Source: Macrostomum lignano (Eukaryota). From it: a stretch of 64,000 bases of DNA. The DNA is taken from contig NIVC01000578.1 of the NCBI GenBank assembly GCA_002269645.1, forward strand, positions 448,549-512,548, read 5' to 3'. Positions within the stretch are counted from its first letter, which is position 1. The number at the start of each line of letters is the position of its first letter. The position numbers and the translations under genes are program-made. Under the pieces are notes generated by a model, which was not told the origin of the DNA, did no database searches, and saw only the letters and a program-made list of their open reading frames with translations. This document shows, piece after piece, positions 47,657-60,902 of this stretch.

Positions 47657-47661
<5 letters not shown>

Positions 47662-48415
47662 GTTACAACCTAGCATAAACACATAAATACTTTGATACGG
47701 AAAGTATTGATTCGATCTGACCTAAAATAGGTGCCAGCAAAAGAAAGAAAATATTCATAGCATTTTATATGTGCTTAAAAGTAAAACCAGATGGTAACAG
47801 ATGGAAATTGCAGTTGTGCAGCTAGTTGATTATTATCAATGGGATAAGTAAAATATTACAAAAATTCTGTTGGCTTGAATTGGAGGTAGGAATACTGTAT
47901 ACAATACCATTAGTATTTCATATACTGGGGTTTAAGAAAATAAATCCCCCATTTCAGCCGCATCACCTCCCACTAAGTTTCCGGCCCCTCCACCCCTCCT
48001 ACACAGTTTTGAGCTAAATTACCCCTCCGGCCTCTATAACACCGAATTTTAAGCTGTACCTAATTCTAGGGTTCAAGAATGTAAACAATAAAGATAGAAG
48101 CAATATAATCAGTCTCTAAAATAACTCCAGTTCATGAATGACCGATCGCCAGGCTTGTAGTAAACTCGTGAAACTGCGGATCCTAAAAGTAAAGATAAAA
48201 TGGCAGTTTGCGATCGAGTATGCATCGTAATATACTAATATTTAACTCACAATCTACAATCATGTCTGCGTGTTGAAGCTGAGAACATATACAGGAAGAA
48301 ATTGCAGAATTGCAGAATACAGGGAATACGAGAATCGAGATAGAAGGAAATCGGATTGATATAAAAAACAGAGAAAGATATTTTTAGTACTCACTTGCGA
48401 CTCACGCGTCCTACA

Positions 48416-50442
48416 TCAGGCCTCCTCGGAGTCACCTGTCAGAGGAATGACAAAAAAATGGCTTGCTGGATCCCTGTCCGCTCCAGCAAGATTGGCAAGC
48501 AGATTCGCAGGCAAAATCCAGCACTTTCGCTCAGGTGTGCCAGTTAGAACACCAGATGTCATCCTGTACAAGCCGATTCCCAGACGCAAAGATGGATATG
48601 GGTTGGCGTAGATGTTGTCAACTGGGTGTAAAATCCTGCCAGTGACTTGATTAGCTTCACTTACAGCTTCGATTAGGACGCATACTTTGTCGATTATGCA
48701 ACAATTATCACCTCGCTTTGTGCTGAATTTCAACGGTGGAATGCGCTGCTCATTCAACAGAAGATCGCGAACTCTGAGCACCTGCTTAACTGAATGCGCT
48801 GCCATGTGCCTTGTCACCTTTACGCGGCGCTTTACAGATCCAAGAAAGTTTTCGAAAGGGAAAGTCGAAAAGTTGTTTAAACTGCCTAGCTTTCGGACAA
48901 ACTCATCCAAATGAAGAATAGTGTGAAGATTGAAACTTATAAACTTCTGGCCGTAAAGATGGGCAGCCCGTTCAACAAAAACTTCAATGCAAGTTTTTGC
49001 CTGCGTCCACCACTTGGAGTACCTTTCGTTGGAGTATGCGTAAATGGCGAAATGGAGGTAAAGAAAGTGGTTATACCTTTCTTCATTTAAAATGCCTTTG
49101 AAGAGGACAGGTCCTAGGTACAGCAAGTACTGTCTGAATTCAGTAGCCTTCATGTGCTTTAGTTCCAAGTCGATTTTCCGGGGTCTTCGTTGAAAGTTTG
49201 AAGGTGTCCAACCGGCAGCCATAGTAATTCGGTCGCCCAATAGGCTCATCGGACCGGGATAGACGAGACACTTCTTGCCATTAGATTTGTCGAAAAATAG
49301 GTAAAAAGCTTCCTTGTGACTCCAAGGCAGACGGCATGCTGGTAGTCAGGGGGAAAAGCATCGACAAAACTAATGTTAGGCAAATTTAGAAGGGGCGATA
49401 GAGCGATTTTTTTATTTTCCTGGTTAGACTCCTTTCCCTCTCGGTATTGTTGGCTGCTACGAGACTCCCCGACGCTCGTTGAAAATGTTACTCTGTTGTC
49501 GGTATAAGGTCCAGTAGCCCTGCAGTACATGCAACCGACGTACGACATGTGCCCTTGAGTTACTGAGACCCAGGCTCGAGCAGGCGCATCGCAAACAAAT
49601 CGGATAGTCGAGAAGCTGATGCTTAAATTTTCGATAATTTTAATGGGACCCGTAAGAAAACGTTTAGCCTCGTCGCAAAATTGTCGAAGATAATCATTCA
49701 GAGGTGGCTTGCCACAACCAGCCCATACGGCTACTGGAAAAGGTCTGCTGAATACGCTGGGAATAGACATTAGTATGGGCCAAAGACCGAAGTGGCTTGC
49801 TCGGTACAAAGGCAAGCCGTCAAAATTAACGATGGCTTCAATTTTGTAAACCTTCTCAGTTTCACTATCGTGTTGTAGATATTCTGGCTTCATGTGCAGC
49901 TGGTTTTTGCGAAACATTAGTTCTAGATTTTTCAGAATCGAAATGTAGCGAAAATGGCCTTTTCCCATGGACTCCAATTTTTCCGTTGGATCGCCAGCAT
50001 TGATGACGGCCTCAATAGAGTTGACAGACTTCGGCGCAGGCAAGCCTATGTCTCTTAGACCATCAACAAGGAATTTTTTAGATCCACGACTTAGGTTGAA
50101 ACAAGAAAAGTAGACTACCAGCAAGGCGAATATTTTATCTTCTAAAGAGCGGTCATCCTCTTTCTTGTCAATCTCCTCATCTTCATCGCTGCAAACTCGC
50201 GCGAACTCGTCAAAATCAGGATAGCTGCCATTGTCGTTGCCAAGATCTGGATCAGTACCTTCATTGATTTCTGCTACAGAGGACTCCGAAGCGATGAAAC
50301 CGGCGACTCTCCCAGAATCATCTGCTTCGACTACTTTTCTTTTTTTCTCTTGCAGTGCGATGTCTTCCAAAGCTTCTTGTTCTCCTTCCATGAACAAGCC
50401 CAGCAAATCCTTATTTGCTTGTCGCCTCAATTGCCTTGTCAT
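48416..50442 (-). CDS. EnSpm-type transposase (~675 aa), one 1-bp frameshift in the A5 run at 49293-49297
   Basis: Motifs NFDGLPLY...WPI, VCDAPARA, GCMYC, PDYQHAVCLG, KATEFRQYLLY, FNLHTILHL, FPFENFLG; adding one base fuses the two ORFs. Confidence 0.85.
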
Positions 50443-50800
50443 TGTTTTCGTCCGAATCAGACTTTGATGATAGTTGACTGTTGTAATAAAGTAATTACTA
50501 CGATTGCTTATTTCGTATTAAAGAAAGTATATGAACAAAAGCTGGGAAGAATTGAAAACTATTCCTTTGGGGGTTTGTGCGCGCTGATTGGACAGGTATG
50601 GGTGCGGGGACGGTAGGGCCAATGAAATTGGAAAAGCCATTGCGGCCTTTTTCATTCGAAGAACTATAGAAGACAATTGCTTCTAGAAGCAACCTAAACC
50701 ACTGAATCATTAAATAAGCATAAACTATAGTGTGAGCTCCAAACTCTTGCTTTATTTGGTACTCAGTTTTGCACTAGCATAGTCTAGTCTGCATGCTACA
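50443..50800. promoter_or_regulatory. Bidirectional promoter between the two EnSpm genes
   Basis: 360-bp head-to-head gap with opposed CCAAT boxes (CTGATTGG 50584-50591, GGCCAATGA 50617-50625). Confidence 0.5.
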
Positions 50801-53747
50801 ATGAAGTTTTTAGTGATCTTTAAAGACGACCGTCAAATTGTTGAGGTCCCGGAAAGCGAACTGAAGCTTCCTGAAGGCTTTCAAAACCTTAAGGAAGAGG
50901 AATGGTTAGAAAAGAGGGACTCCACTGAGAAGTGGAAGTGTGAAGCCTTGTATGAAGGCTGTTTTTACTCTGCTCTAATTATTCAGGTAAGCAACCGATC
51001 CCAACGATATTTGAAATGTTAAAATTCTTGAATCGATCTAATATTTGTACGCTCATATTTTCTCATTAATTTAAAGGTAATACTAAGCAACAACCTAGAG
51101 CCTGGGAGCTTCCGCTTTGTGCGTGAATTGGTGGCCAAAAAGACCCGACTGAACCGAATTCTCGAGTTGGTTCAACCCAGAGTCTTTCAGGAGCGTGACA
51201 TGAAGAAAGCACGAAGGCATTACCAGACTAAGGTAAAATTAAGCACAGCCCATATAATTTTTATCGAGAACTTTGTTTTCTCCGTTTTACCTTTTAAACT
51301 AATTTTTAAGAAAAGGGAAGAAATTAAATGTGAGAATAATCTTTAAAACTGACATTACCTTGATAATTTCTCATGCCGTAACCATCCCAAACAGAATCTG
51401 TCAGACGGCTCAGCCACCGATTCCGAGGCAATCTTCGAAGATAAGAGCAGCCGCTGTTTGCAACCTCCAGCTTTGCTGCCTAAACAACATCCGCCTACGA
51501 TTGCACAGTTAGCGCCAATGCCTCCTATTAGTGATGATGAAGCAGAAGCTGGCGTAGACGCCGATATGGAAGCTGAGGCGGAAGCTGAAGTGGAAGCTGA
51601 GGTGGAAGCTGAGGTGGAAGCTGAGGCGGAAGCTGAAGTGGAAGATGAGGCGGAAGCTGAAGTGGAAGCTGAGGCGGAAGCTGAAGTGGAAGCTGAGGTG
51701 GAAGCTGAGATCGGAGCTGAGGTGGAAGCTGAGATGGGAGCTGAGGCGGAAGCTGAGGCGGAAGCTGAGGTGGAAGCTGAGATGGGAGCTGAGGTGGAAG
51801 CTGAGGCGGAAGCTGAAATAGAAGCTGAGTTCGTAGCAGATGATCGATCGACGATTCCTAAGTCGCCTCCCACCATTTCATCTTTTAATTTTGGTTCTGG
51901 CTTTCTTAGAAAACTAGAAGAGCAGATCCAAGCCGGTGTTAGCTTTGAGCTGGAAAGTCCAAGAGGCATCAAGTTTCTGTCCTTATATGCCCTACGCGAA
52001 CTTACTATGCGCAAGAATGAATTGAAAGCATTAGAAAATGGTTTGACCAAACAAATCACCGCAATGCGCACTGAAGTGCAGAGCGTGCTACGCTTTTTGG
52101 TACCGGTTGGCGCTGACATTCCAACTGATAATTCTGAGCCTTCATTCTGGCCGATCAACTCCTGGGAAAAATATGTGCAATTCGCTTCCAATCCAAATGA
52201 ATATATTTCTACTTTGGTAAGTTCATGACTGAGTTTTTTATTTTCTTTTCATTAAAAGAAATGCTCTAACTACTACTCAAAGCGCACTAGTACTATCACT
52301 GTGAAATAACAATCTATAAGTATTCTCACCTGTAAAAATCTAAACAGAAGAGCCTGCTACGTTCATGCAAGCGAGACAAGTGGTCCGATGCTTTAATGGC
52401 AATGCTTAACGAGAGCTTGTCGAAAGAGATGCAGGCGGTTATTAATTTAATCGGGTCAGACATGCGAAGCCGAGCTGTTGCTGCTGGAGTTGCGACCAAC
52501 CTTGCTGATGCGCAGCTTGGATTTCAGAGCACTCTGCTCAGCCATTTCCAAAGTAAGTCTACTTAATCAACGTTCAATGAGACTTTTAAAGCTAAATATC
52601 AAGAAATTAGTCGAGCACAGCGCATGCTATTCATAGTAACTTTCAACTTTTTTCCTAACAGAAGCAATCACATTCATCTATGGCGCGACCGCTGAAGCCG
52701 GCAGGCCCTCTGAACAATCTGTAAGAAATACTTGCAGACAGCAGCTAAAGCATGGCGGTGACCGATTAAAGGGGCGGTCGCATCGCACAGGAAGCCAGCT
52801 GCTTTCCGGAGTCCAGACTCAAAGCCCCGCTTCTGACAGCACCGTACAAAGACAGTCTCTGGTGGCAGCGACTCCAAGCCCCGCTTCTGGCAGCGCCGTA
52901 CAAAGACAGTCTCTGGTGGCAGCGACTCAAAGTCCCGCTTCTGGCAGCGCTGTGCAAAGACGATCTCTGGTGGCAGCGACTCAAAGTCCCGCTTCTGGCA
53001 GCGCCGTACAAAGACAGTCTCTGGTGGCAGCGACTCCAAGCCCCGCTTCTGGCAGCGCCGTGCAAAGACAGTCTCTGGTGGCAGCGACTCCAAGCCCCGC
53101 TTCTGGCAGCGCCGTGCAAAGACAGTCTCTGGTGGCAGCGACTCCAAGCCCCGCTTCTGGCAGCGCCGTGCAAAGACAGTCTCTGGTGGCAGCGACTCAA
53201 GCCCCGCTTCTGGCAGCGCCGTGCAAAGACAGTCTCTGGTGGCAGCGACTCAAAGCCCCGCTTCTGGCAGCGCCGTGCAAAGACAGTCTCTGGTGGCAGC
53301 GACTCAAAGCCCGCTTCTGGCAGCGCCGTGCAAAGACACAGCCATTCATCTTCTTTTTCCCTAGTGAGTAAAAACGTATCTAAACTGAATAATGAACGAT
53401 GAATACGATGATTGATAAGCATTAAATACTACTGTCAGTAAGATAAAATGTGCATGCAGTAATTTTTTGTTTTCTTTCCAATGTCACAGACACCATCGCG
53501 ACTATCAGCGGGAGAAGTGCCGCCAGCGGTGACAGCAAAGCCGAGCTCCCAATCCAGAAAGCGAGCGAGTATTCAGTTGGATTCTCAGCCTCGAAAGCGG
53601 AACAACCATCGCCCCCGTTCAGCAAAGTCAAAAAACAACTACCGCACTGACTGCTCTCTCGAATCTGATGACGAAACCGAATCAAGTGGATCAAACTGGT
53701 CCGAAGATCAGCGAGAGCTGGGTGATGGACAATTTAAAATCTTCTAA
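50801..53747 (+). CDS. Second (TnpA-like / DUF4806-like) gene of the EnSpm element, six exons: 50801-50986, 51077-51232, 51395-52216, 52348-52552, 52662-53363, 53490-53747
   Basis: All junctions GT-AG and phase-consistent (~775 aa) apart from two 1-bp deletions in the exon-5 repeat. Contains an (EAEV/EAEA)n acidic tract, a helical domain ending QQLKHGGDR, and 18-aa repeats. Confidence 0.7.
52815..53340 (+). repeat. 54-bp coding minisatellite ([18 protein letters not shown])n
   Basis: About 10 copies in exon 5 of the EnSpm second gene. Confidence 0.9.
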
Positions 53748-55061
53748 TTATGAGAGCACGTATTTTACGAGTAAATGCTGTCACAAAATGATTCTAAAAC
53801 TGACATTCTTTCAACACCTTTGTTGCCAACTATTTTTCGTTCTAATATTGTGTTTTAATATCAGTTCCATTTAACTTCGCTAAATAAATTCAAATTTCAT
53901 TAGATTTAAGTTTCTTATTCGATTTCATTCATAGACTCAAACTAATTTTCTAAAAAACTGCAAAAAATTCACAAAAGGCAAACTTCGTAAGCAAGTAGCA
54001 GCAAGGTTGTTTAAATTTATAATGGAAGAGACAATTGCTTAAAAAAATCAGATAGCTCTGAAAATTATTTGGAAATAAATTCAATTTTGAAACAACCAGA
54101 AAGCTAGCCTGCTGCCAGAGAAAAATATATCAGTAAAAGCCATGCATACTACTGTTAGTAGAGTAAACCAATTCTTGCCTTAATTTATTGGGCAGTCCAC
54201 CGGGCGCCGGGTATAAGGCCGGCGCCCCGACTGGACAAAGAGTGCGCCCCGCTACCGGCCACAGGCCACCGGGCGCCGCGGTCTGCGCACCCTTGGGCGT
54301 ACCAGAATTTCCCACTGGGGCAATCAGTCAATGAAGCATTTGTTTCTACAAAATACTCTGGATTGTAAAAGGCTAAGATGGAGTCTTCAAAGCTAATTAA
54401 TTATCAATGTAGTTTAAAATGTAGGATATACTAGAATTATACTCATAGCGCACAGCTGTATATTGAATTTTTTAATATCTGCTTTTTGTACAACTACAAT
54501 GCAGAAGAAAGGAAAAGGCAAAACAAAACAAGAAGCAAAGAATGGCCCTAAAAACAAAGCAAGTTGCAAATGGAACAAACTAAAAAAGTGGAATTTTTTA
54601 ATTTAAGAAATCTACATTTACTTTAATATCTTATCATGACATGACATACATGTAGTCATAGGCATTAAATTTGCTATTTTACTTGATGAGGGCTTAGCTA
54701 TATTACATATAATTTTAAAATAGACATATTAGTTTAGTCTATTTTATAATTTTTAGACAACACCTAGACTTAGTTAAAGTCCAAGCAACATAGACTAGAT
54801 AGATCTTAGATCAATCTAGTGTATTTGTTATGTTATATTAATACTAGTGATGTAGTGTGCCTCGTTTTGTAATATAGAATGCCTTCCAGTCCAGTATAGA
54901 TATTACGTTTGCGAACTTTCTTAGAAAATGTGTATTTGAATTTACGCTAAAAAGAAATTAAGTTATACCTTTTGTTTAAATGTTGTAAAAGCAAATAACA
55001 TTTTACGAAATAAAATTTTGTTTTAAATATATACGTGCAAGCAATATACATAGAGGGCCAG

Positions 55062-57870
55062 TGAGGTGCGGAGAAGAGCAACTCGTCCCGAGCAACTCGT
55101 CCCGAGCAACTCGAGCAACTCGAGCTTAGACGATTTTGTCTGTTGCCTCTTCTGCAAGCCTTGCGAGTACAATCAATTCAGTCTTATTATTAAATCGCTA
55201 TTTGCAGAGTTTGAAAGACTTAGTCATTTCCCTTAGAATATCAGAAGTCTGCTGGAAGCGAGAACCGAGGAAAGTCGCCTCAGGGCAGGGAGAAGCACAT
55301 AAAAGGCTGTGACCCTAGCTGATCCCGGGAACGCCCAGGACTGAGAGAGAAAAACCTCTATAAGAGTAAATATTAAGAATAGAGTAGGCAGTGCCATTAG
55401 ACCGTTTTGTCTCGCATAGAGACGCCGAACCGCAGTACCCCTGTGACACTTGTCTCTGCCTGGCTGAAAGCTTGTAATGAGTTAGTAGGCTGAGTTAGAG
55501 GGTAATAGTCGATCAGGAGGGGCTGTGGGTAGCTGTACTCGTATAGGAAGGCAGGCCTATACTCGTTCCAGTTTATGCTCTGACGGTTTCCCTTGGAGTG
55601 TTTGCTGGTGAACGGCTAGCTTTAAGCTGGAGTGTGCCAAAACCAGGACTGAGTCTGACCAGGACGAGGCCGTTGGCACGGCCCCTAATCTAAATGGCGG
55701 TTGGCGAAGCAAAGGGTGAAATAGTCCCGGCGAATAGCTCTCCTGCCGCTTCAAAGATAAGAGACTGTCTTGGCAAAGAGTACGTGGGGTTTAGTAGGTG
55801 GGGAGGCTCCTCCGGGTAGCCACGGCCGTGGGGAGGTCTTAGGACCAAATTATATGGAGGTACACTATCGCATGAGAAGGCGGGCTGCCCCGAGGTTCAC
55901 TCGACCCCTGCTAGCCCTGGGGAGGTTTAGTTTTGTGCTTGGAGTGGTGCAACGCCCCGACGGTAGGGGGTAGGGCCCGCCCTCAGCCCGACTGGTGTCG
56001 CCTGCTCGGCTTGATGGTCACAGTCTCTTTTAGCCCAGCTTAGAAACCTAGTGTACATTAGTACACTCCCAACCTGGATCCTAATTCATTCCTAGTGGAG
56101 TAAGAGCCTGTTCAATGGCTGAGGTGCCTTATTACTTATTTAGTGTAGTAGTGTAGGCCGAGAAGAGCAACTCGTCCCGAGCAACTCGAGCAACTCGAGC
56201 TTAGACGATTTTGTCTGTTGCCTCTTCTGCAAGCCTTGCGAGTACAATCAATTCAGTCTTATTATTAAATCGCTATTTGCAGAGTTTGAAAGACTTAGTC
56301 ATTTCCCTTAGAATATCAGAAGTCCGCTGGAAGCGAGAACCGAGGAAAGTCGCCTCAGGGCAGGGAGAAGCACAAAAAGGCTGTGACCCTCTGATCCCGG
56401 GAACGCCCAGGACTGAGAGAGAAAAACCTCTATAAGAGTGAATAAGTAAGAATAGAGTAGGCAGTGCCATTAGACCGCTTAGGCCAGAAGGTACAATACA
56501 TACAGGCGCTACCAGTAGAAATAAGTAAAAGTACATGCAAAAGTACATATTAACTATGAATAGGAGAACATAGGTATCACCATAGCACAACTTGGTGGCA
56601 GCAAATAAGATTATCCCAGAGAAAAGGAAGAGAAAGCCCTGGGACAACTTTGGTGGCTAACCGGTGGGATAGTTCCTAGAAGACAGAACAGTTAAAATCT
56701 AGCCCTGTTACTAGACTTATATTGAATATTGTGGAAGGCTTTCCTTTTTCAGATTACGGTATTAAAAAAGTAAATCTTTTTTTCCAATTGAATCCGCGGG
56801 CTATTTATTTTACTACGATAAATAATTGGTTTTAATACGCAACATTTTAATTAATTTGTATTTTTTTAATTTGAACCCATTTTTGGTTTGTTCAGTGAAA
56901 TCAGATATTCAGACACTTTCGTGTTCAAGTTAGGCATTGCAGAGCGGGTCTGTAGTCGGTGATCGAGTGGAGCTGCAGGTGTTGCTGGTGTTAATTGCTG
57001 GCCACCTGTTAAAATGGCGGGTGGTTTGCGACCTAGGCATATCAACGTGCCTAGGTCGCTGTCTAACAGTGATAACAGTAGTTACCGTCTGGAGAGATAA
57101 TCCGCGGGCTTCGTTGCCCAGGATATTGCTTTGACCGGGATGTCTAGATAATTCTAATCCTTTTAAGGACTGAGAGAGATTGCACACAGCCGCAGCATTG
57201 AGATACTCTAGCTGTTTCAGCGGAATTTTGGCCTGTTTAAGGCCTTGATAGCGGCTTGGCTATCAGTGTAAAAATGAATATTGAAAGTTCTGAAATCTGG
57301 GCACACTGCTCAATGGCAAAAATTTATGTTTGGAAAACCGAGATGTTCTCACCAAGGTGTAGACTTTCCTGAAAGAGCTTCTTACCCTTGTGAAGATGAC
57401 GATACCCGCTCCAGCGCGGCCGTTAAACAGCGAGCCGTCAGTAGAGCAGGGAAGCCCTGGCTGTCTGGAAACCCCTTCTGATGTTGACAGTGAGGAGGCG
57501 ATCCTATCCCATCGCCTGGGTCGATGTGGATGTTGATATAAAGTCTCGGCGGGCGAAATCCATATGCGGGATTAGAGTCTTCATCGACATATAGCCAAAG
57601 TTGTGTTATTTATTGTTTTATCTCCGACAAGTCGAGAGGCCTTCCGTCCTAATAAATAGGTGAAGCGGTGGTAAATGAAGGATAGTTGTTCAGCCTAGCT
57701 CGAATAGTAAAAACTCTACCCTCTATAACTTTATGTATTATATATAACTTTATGAAAGTACAACGATAATCAGACTGCTACAAAGAACTGCTGTACATCA
57801 GCAGTAGAAATTTATACGAGACAGGGGAAGCCCCTATAGAACAACTTTGGTGACAGCGGTGGGATGAAAG
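55062..57870 (+). mobile_element. Decayed LTR retrotransposon debris
   Basis: ~330-bp direct repeat (55070-55404 / 56160-56477). The second copy lies in a TGT...ACA block (56152-56589) followed by TGGTGGCAGC. Eroded RT-like KWRVVCDL and KFMFGKP motifs; another PBS at 57848. Confidence 0.45.
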
Positions 57871-59099
57871 AAAGATCTCCCCTGTGACAATACTGTTAAA
57901 CATGTATTCGAACTATGAAGCTTTACAATAAAGCTGACACGCTACTAAAAGATGAATATTTGATCGATATGTATCAAATATGTCTAAATATATCACGATT
58001 TCTGTGACCGAAAATCTATGAAGCTCTTATCTCCACCAGTGTTGAACAAACCCAATCACTGAATCTCATACCTTATCTGAGTTATATCGTATTTTCTACA
58101 TAAATATTTTCCAAGAAACAAACTTTCCCGTCCTTACATATGCCCCTCAGCATCAGAATATATTGAGTAGTTAGCCAGCTTAGCAGCTTAAAAAATCGCA
58201 GGTAGCATCTTAGAATATTATTACAGGTTTGGGTCCAGGAAAGTATTATTGGCCTAGCCTAAGCGGTTTCTGTTGTTGGACAAAACAATGAGTTGAGGCC
58301 GTAAAGCCAGCCAGCATTCTATTCAAGCCGCCATATTGTGTTCTCTCACAATTCTAACCGCTTTTCCAGCAGGAGCTGAAAAGATGAAGATGGCCTGGCT
58401 CCCTGCAGCATCTGGGTTTGAAATTTCCTGTTGTGTTGGAGATCCAACCCTGACGGAAGCTACAAATGCAAATTTTTTCTTCCCTTTATCCTGCCATTTT
58501 CCTGAAAAATTTTAGTCAAGGACGACTCGAGCAAGGAGTGCTGAGTTCCAAATTTGTCCTTGCATTCTTACAATAAAAAATCGATGACACGGTGCCCAAA
58601 CCTGATGAATAACCTGCAGCTGAACACGATTGCAAATTCCTAATGGATTGGTAATGCATTGACATTCTGCGGCCTAATCTAGCTATAGGCTAATTTTAGA
58701 CACAATTTTCGAAGTACGAGCTATCATGGATTTCACGGCAATACACATAATGCAGTGTGTAATAAATTGAAGCTAAAGGCTGGTAGTGAATGCGTAGGAA
58801 AGTTAAACGTGGAGAGCCAGTACACACAACTGGGCTCTTATATGACTTGTTTATTCTTATTCATCAACCCTAGGACTAAAGAGGGTGGTTGGCCTGACTG
58901 CCCAGACCCCACCATGCTAGCCACGCGTAAAACGCAAACAACCCGACGCAGTGCACATGCACTGAAACACACTAGCCAATCAGCGCGCACGCAATACTAA
59001 CTAACTAAGAATGCACAAAGCATAATATTGCAATAATAAAAATACACTAGCATATCGCCACAATGTCACACAGTGGATACACGCCGGTTTTATCCAGAA

Positions 59100-60010
59100 C
59101 TTAAACTGTTCGCTTTATTTACGAGATAAGGAGATCACTTTGTCAAATGACTGAGCCGTTTCTTCACCCACAAAAACAGCATAGAGGCGAGACTGAAAGT
59201 CCTGACAAAAACCGATGCTTGCAGATACTGATTTTTCCCCAACGGACAAGTAAAGTACATGTAAGAGGAGGCTAAACTTGCAAATCATGCTGGAGGCTTC
59301 TTTGGAGGCAGCAGTTTGCTACAAAATTCATTACGGAATTAGGAATCTTTCAATCGACATGCAGTCTGGACCACGGCTGCGATCGAAAGGGCGATGGGTG
59401 CACTGACGCTTTGGACGGATTCGTCTGGTTGAGCCTGGCCCTGACGGAGGTTTTGCATGACTTGACGGAGTTCTCCACGTCCTTGTACTTGCGACCACAC
59501 GTACGTACTTGCAGCTGCACGAACGTGTGCATTCGGACGGAGTGCGGGCGGAACGACGATCCTGAATCCCCACAGCAAGCAGCCCTGTTCATTGAGAGCT
59601 TGTTTCTCTCGGTCATGTAGAGAAGCTTCGAGACTGTGCAATGACCTTGGCAGTCAGAGCCGAGCCGACCTCTTCGTCGATTATTAAAAAGTTCACGGCT
59701 GTCGGTCTGAACTCCAGTAAAGTAGCGAAGGCTTCTTCCGGCCAGCTGCACCCTTTTTGATGTAACCTGGACTGAGCCGCAATTTCGGAGGGAGTAGGGC
59801 ATGGCGATCCTGCAAGATTTTCTTGAGGTCGTCGTAAGACTTTCCAGCCACCTTTTCTGGCTGGCAAGTTTTGAAGTACTGTGTAGGCTTCTTCTCCTAT
59901 GAGCATGGCGGTGCTGTGTGGCCATCTTAGCGGTGTCCTCTGTATTCTTAGCGTAGACTTCGAAGTCGGAGTCCTTGGACAGTTCCGGAACGCGCCTACA
60001 AGCTGAACTC
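59100..60010 (-). mobile_element. Heavily deleted gypsy (Mag-like) remnant
   Basis: Gag-like LIGEEAYTVLQNL; integrase-like QGCLLWGFRIVVPPALR and KDVENSVKSCKT in shifting frames. Confidence 0.55.
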
Positions 60011-60902
60011 TTCGCCGTTATGATAACTCAAAACGAAGTCCGATGGTGAGTCTTTGCGAGCACTTTAACTGGGAAGTGGTCATCGAGTGGCAGACGGACA
60101 ATGAGGCGTGACCATAAGTCGAGTGTCCAGTTTTACATTTGTGGGCTCCTGGGCCCCAACTTAGCCTTAGCTGTGGTACGAAAAGAAAAGCGTGCAGGCG
60201 GTGCATGCATAGCATGGGGGAGTTGTTTAGATTGGGTGAAGAGAAAAGTGAGGGGAACAAACAGGGTGCCGTAGTCAATGGGAGCAAGCAGACTCTTGGC
60301 CAAGGCTGCGGAGGGATCCACAGCTCAGGCCATCACAATCTTTTCCTGAAATGTTACCAAAGACCAAAAAGCAAACAGTAGCAGAAAATCTGTTCTTCCT
60401 GTCACCTTTGTGTATTTTTTCTGATATGATTTTTCTTGATTTAATTTGCATATGGTGAAACCCAATCTATCGCGCTACGCAAAATCGCTAATCTTTGTGA
60501 AATCCATTTAAAAAGCTCAGCTGTATTGCGAGTGTTGCCGCTCTCCTATAGCACTTTCTTAATCCTTTCACTCGAAAAAACTATTGAAGCCACCTCAGAC
60601 AAAAAAACAAATTGTTTGCATTTCGGACGAGCAGAGGGTGAGATGCTGTAAATTTAACTTTCCCATCACGCTAAAGCATTTTGCGGCAAAGAAAACAGGA
60701 TTTTAGTGTAGCTTTCTATTCGAGCGTATTAAGATTTCCATGGCTCCACCAAAAACGCCAAGCAAGACTCAATACATCAAAGGAGTTGCAATTCACAGTT
60801 AAACAGAGGCATTCACACCTTGCTTCAATATCAGGTCACCTCAATTCCAGATCGCTGTTAAACTGTTTTCAATATTGCCCTTCGCGTGCTTGTCCAGCTC
60901 GA

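Larger units (their letters stand above)
44469..54319. mobile_element. EnSpm/CACTA (CMC-superfamily) DNA transposon, 9851 bp
   Basis: Termini CCCAGTGG...CCACTGGG, 2-bp TSD GC, GC-rich subterminal GGGCGTACC/GGCCGGCGCCCC motifs at both ends. Sequence after 54320 matches the region upstream of paralog C (25870-26000), so the flanks rejoin. Confidence 0.85.

Noticed and set aside
58756-59072. Possible LTR (TGTGT...ACACA, AATAAAC on minus)
   Set aside because: No TSD, PPT or second copy in the window.
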